Source: Dicyema japonicum
Taxonomy: Eukaryota; Animalia; Dicyemida
Assembly: GCA_011109175.1 (NCBI GenBank)
Contig: RDEW01000008.1
Span: forward strand, 1,295,600 to 1,358,662
Length of the DNA stretch: 63,063 bases
Reading direction: 5' to 3'
The position numbers were made by a program, and so were the translations under genes. Every line of letters begins with the position of its first letter. Position 1 is the first letter of the stretch. This document shows positions 62,150 to 63,063 of this stretch, one piece after another. Below the pieces are notes generated by a model that made no database searches, was not told the origin of the DNA, and worked only from the letters and a program-made list of their open reading frames with translations.

Positions 62150-62397
62150 GACCTTTACATTTCGGTTAAAGGTTCCACGCATCTCTATGCTTTGGCTTGA
62201 CGAGTGACGCCGTCATCAGTGAACATTTCAGTGCGGAACCGGATTGTCTATATAGGAAATAGACCTAACAAAAAGAAAACAAAGAAGTGAAGAGCATTCC
62301 TGATTCTCCTCATCGATTAGCTATGATAACTGTTCTATGCTTAAAATAAAGTGTGTTCTGCCTGAGGGGAGCGATAGCTGATATTATTATTATTACC
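62150..62397 (+). mobile_element. tRNA-derived SINE copy, head truncated, (TAT)n tail
   Basis: TTCGGTTAAAGGTTCCACGCATC...TTGACGAGTGACGCCGTCATCAGTGAAC...GAGCGATAGCTGATATTATTATTATTA. Confidence 0.85.
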
Positions 62398-62631
62398 CCC
62401 AGGATCACTGTGTCAAAGAGAAAGAAATAAAAGTTCTCTAAAAAACAGCTCTTTTCATTGGATATGACATCGGCTCAAAATTTCTGTATGATTGTAGATA
62501 TTTCGATAGTGTATGGAATAGAGGCTCCTCGGAAAGTGCATTGTTTTTTTTTAAATATAATAAATTTATTTACTGTTTGTATTTGTCAATAAATTTAATT
62601 ATTTAAAAATTTTCTCAAAAATCTATTCAAT

Positions 62632-63063
62632 ATGACGTTGTCTTTCAGGGACAGGATAGTGTTTCCAACTCTTAGATATGGCACGTGGCAGGTTTCGTTT
62701 GAAAATTAAATTTTAGTGGAATGGATTAGAAATATACGAGGCGGTTAAGACAACTACGTTGATACGTCTTAGAATATAATATTGAAAGCTTAGCGGAGAG
62801 AGACATTATGGACAAATAAAAGACGGAACAATCAATTGGAGCTAAATATTTGTAAACACCAAGCTTTGGTGCACCTTCTACAGATAAGGAGATGTCATGA
62901 AGAATCTGCACATGTCCCTGAATAACCTCGGCCTTGACTACATCTACTTGTATTTCGTCCACTGGCTTATGATCTTCATGCGAGGGGATGCTCTATTCCA
63001 CAGAGACGAGTCCGAAAAGTTGGTCGAAAGTTGTGCGACTATGAACGAGACCTGGGGAGGTAT
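62632..63063 (+). pseudogene. Aldo-keto reductase (AKR1-like) pseudogene, runs off the window end
   Basis: MTLSFRDRIVFPTLRYGTWQ, a 25-nt GT-AG intron (62692-62716), EIYEAVK, then IFVNTKLWCTFYR*GDV..SLNNLGLDYIYLYFVHWLMIFMRGD..ETW. This matches the AKR string SKLWCT..L..L.LDYLDLYL.HWP. In-frame stops and a frameshift. Confidence 0.85.

Overview
AT-rich eukaryotic scaffold segment, most likely from an animal parasite; the host is inferred, not shown. It contains one 194-N gap (48451-48644) and a lone N at 29058. The few genes are split by very small GT-AG introns of 21-26 nt, so the ORF track only shows fragments. One gene is clearly intact: mitochondrial malonyl-CoA:ACP transacylase (MCAT/FabD; 5 exons, 346 aa, minus strand). 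A Mis12-like gene may also be intact, and there is an unidentified spliced coiled-coil gene. The rest is largely decayed DNA. It includes unprocessed pseudogenes (midasin, cGMP-dependent kinase, TRM5, aldo-keto reductase, three galactose-3-O-sulfotransferase copies, tRNA-Ile), several of which keep their micro-introns. It also holds many non-LTR retrotransposon fragments (RTE-like, APE-type, CRE-like, R4/Dong-like), a nearly intact Mutator element with a 9-bp TSD, pogo/Tigger remnants, a ~2.3-kb segmental duplication, a ~600-bp-arm inverted duplication and several short tandem arrays. A tRNA-derived SINE family occurs in at least 8 copies, and its central domain can be drawn as a tRNA-sized four-way junction. 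All translations, alignments and folds were done by eye. Boundaries of decayed elements are approximate.
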